From Heterodontus francisci (Eukaryota): DNA of 64,000 nt. Both the position numbers and the translations under genes were made by a program. Below the pieces are notes generated by a model. That model was not told where the DNA came from, ran no database searches, and was given only the letters and a program-made list of their open reading frames with translations. The stretch covers positions 123,241,593 through 123,305,592 of the forward strand of contig NC_090378.1 of NCBI RefSeq assembly GCF_036365525.1, given 5' to 3'. Of this stretch, positions 61,725 through 64,000 are shown piece by piece. Within the stretch, counting starts at the first letter, position 1. Every line of letters begins with the position of its first letter.

Positions 61725-61930
61725 AAACTGAAATGTTGAAATACTCAGCAGGTCAGGCAGCATCTGTGGAAACAGAAACAGAGTTAACGTTTCAGATTTG
61801 TGACCTGATGAAATGTCACAGATTACAATGTTAACTGCTTCTCTCTCCACCGATGCTGCCTGACCTGCTGAGCATTTCAGCATTTTCTGTTTTTATTTCA
61901 GATTCCCAGCATCTGCAATATTTTGCTTTA
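61725..61930. mobile_element. Penelope-like terminal repeat with inverted halves (long hairpin)
   Basis: ctcagcaggtcaggcagcatc..gagttaac ... gttaac..gatgctgcctgacctgctgag form an inverted repeat. Confidence 0.7.
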
Positions 61931-62369
61931 ATGATTCTTGAAGTGTTCATGCCCCTAATAATAGATTCCAGCATTTTCCCATGATCTGACACTTGAACAT
62001 CTTAATTTGGGGGAAATTCTGCTCAAAGAGTTTGTCTGACACTCCCATTTCTACATCTCTTGTCACAAATACTTTGAATGACTGCAGTGCAGTAGATGCT
62101 TTATCAGGAACAAACAGCTGCTCAGTCCAAATATGGCTGCCAAGGTCTATGAATTTGCATTGTCCCTATGGTCTGCATCTCAGGCCTTAAATCCCCACCA
62201 CCCACCTTAACTGGCTACACGCAGGTGGTAGGTCTTGTGTGGTGCAAGATCCAGGGCCACATCAATACTGAAGAGTTATGTAACCTGCCCCTCACCAGAG
62301 AACCATGACGACACAGAAACTGCAGGGCTGTATAAAACACAGCAAATTGTTACAAACTGTGCACATGTG

Positions 62370-64000
62370 TCTGCAAGAGCAAAGAGGGAAGAGGCAAAGC
62401 CAAGTGCGTTAAAAACATCCAGTGAAGATCACTGATTCAAAAGGAATCCAAAAGAAGTCAACCAAACAAAATCTGATTTCAATCAGTAGGCTGTGGAATG
62501 AGTATAAAATGGACATCAAAGAAGATTTATTCACAGCTCTCCTTAAAGAGATCACTGAGAAAAGTGAAAATTCTCAGCAGAATATATCAAATACAATCCA
62601 TCATGTAGAGGAGGGGATCATTTCAACTGAAGACCATGAGTGACAGAGAGCCATGCAGACCACCTTAGAGCTTCTGAAAGTTTACTGGCAGAAACTCAGT
62701 GTCAGTAAACGGTGTGTCTGGAAATATTATGGGGACTCTAATTGGACAATTGATGCTGCACTGTGCAGACAGTTCGCTACCTGTGTGACAGATGGCCCTG
62801 GTCTCTGTGTGCACCATCCTGTCCATTCAGTTATAATATGAAGGTACCGATCTGGATCAGCAACAGGAGCAGCTAGAGGATCTGAACACACTCAGAGAAC
62901 AGTTAGACAACAATGACCTTTCAGTCCTCTTGCAAAAATGCCATCAGATCGCAAAGGTAATTTCCAAGAATTTTCCCCATAACCAGCTGTGCAACTGCTC
63001 CTCATGGTCTTTAAAGGACTGTCTGACCAACACCCCAGCTGTTCCTTTGCAGCCGCTGTGCTCGTAAAAATCATCATTAAAGGTGAGGCAGTGATCCACG
63101 GGACCAAGTCTCAGAAATACTAGACATGCTGAGGGTTGAACTGGAGTCAGTTCCTTATGAGGATTCAAAATGTTTTGTTCTATGTAGTTTCACCATTTTG
63201 TCCTGGCACAATATACTAGCAGTTGTGTCCCATCTCCTCAGCTCCCTGGACCCATTGGAGAAATTTGTCAGAGACGTGTGGAGATCAATGGCCAAAGACA
63301 CAAATGTGCAGTCAGGACTATTAAGTAGCTGGTGTACACACTTGAGAAAAGAACCTGCCCCATCAATGGAAACAGAAAACCCTATTCAACCGCTGTATCA
63401 CTGGCTGCCATCTGCAGGTTGTGTGAGATTATCACTAAGCCTGTGTTGGCAGAGGTGCTGAATACATTATTTCCACTGATATTCAGTACCCTAATTATTT
63501 TGTTAACCAGCTGCGTTAATATTTCTCTGTTCGATTGTTCAGATACTGAATTGCAGCAGAGAGATTTCACAGCCCTATTTCAAACATCACCAAGTTGCGA
63601 TCTGTATAAGAAGTGTGTACAGACACTAAAGGTCCTTCCAGGCCAAGCAACAAATGGAGGCGTCATTGAAAACATGAATAGAAATGGAGGATGGTGCCAA
63701 AGGATGAAGCTGAACCACTTCGACAAGGGGGTTGTTCTGCTGGCCAGAGCAATGGCAGAACATGCTGGCTACAGTCTGCCTCATATCGTGAACCAATTGG
63801 CTTCTCACATCATGAGGCTCCAAGACTATCAGGCAGTTAAAGTAATCACCTCCTCGGAGAACTGCTGAAAGCTCCACTGGTTTCAGAGCTGTAGCTCACA
63901 GACACTGTGCTAAACAGTTTGATAAGGTATTTGCTGTATGTCTCTCCTGTTAGCCAGTTGCTGTGTGACTGGGTCCGGAGAAATATTAACTTTGGAACTA
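62370..64000 (+). pseudogene. MROH1: Intronless MROH1-like pseudogene, copy 2 (runs off window end)
   Basis: Colinear with copy 1, plus an extra ~400 bp (LFPLIFSTL...GGW...F.KGV.LLARAM) that also resembles MROH1. Confidence 0.8.

Overview
Vertebrate genomic DNA from a cartilaginous fish (shark-type SINEs, CR1 LINEs and an NS4/type III-like light chain; species not determinable). The first ~6.4 kb holds the 3' part of an immunoglobulin kappa light-chain cluster: an unrearranged J with a 23-bp-spacer RSS (1034-1107), a 4-kb intron, an intact C exon (5131-5459) and polyA signals. No V segment is in the window. Just past the polyA sites are a promoter-like CCAAT/PBX-PREP module and a J-oriented RSS with no coding segment (6342-6379). 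Together with an isolated CACAGTG in the J-C intron, this resembles the mammalian kappa-deleting element system; it is my best candidate for something undescribed and is unproven. An 11-kb G/T-skewed 45-bp satellite follows, then a small minus-strand exon with a Bcl-2-like BH3 motif. The remaining ~45 kb is nested transposons: RTE, CR1, L2, Gypsy, solo LTRs, a Harbinger, a hAT MITE, Penelope-like ends with decayed hammerheads, and an LTR retroviral remnant with a non-canonical env. It also carries two duplicated intronless MROH1-like pseudogenes. All family assignments rest on motif recognition by eye, not on database searches.
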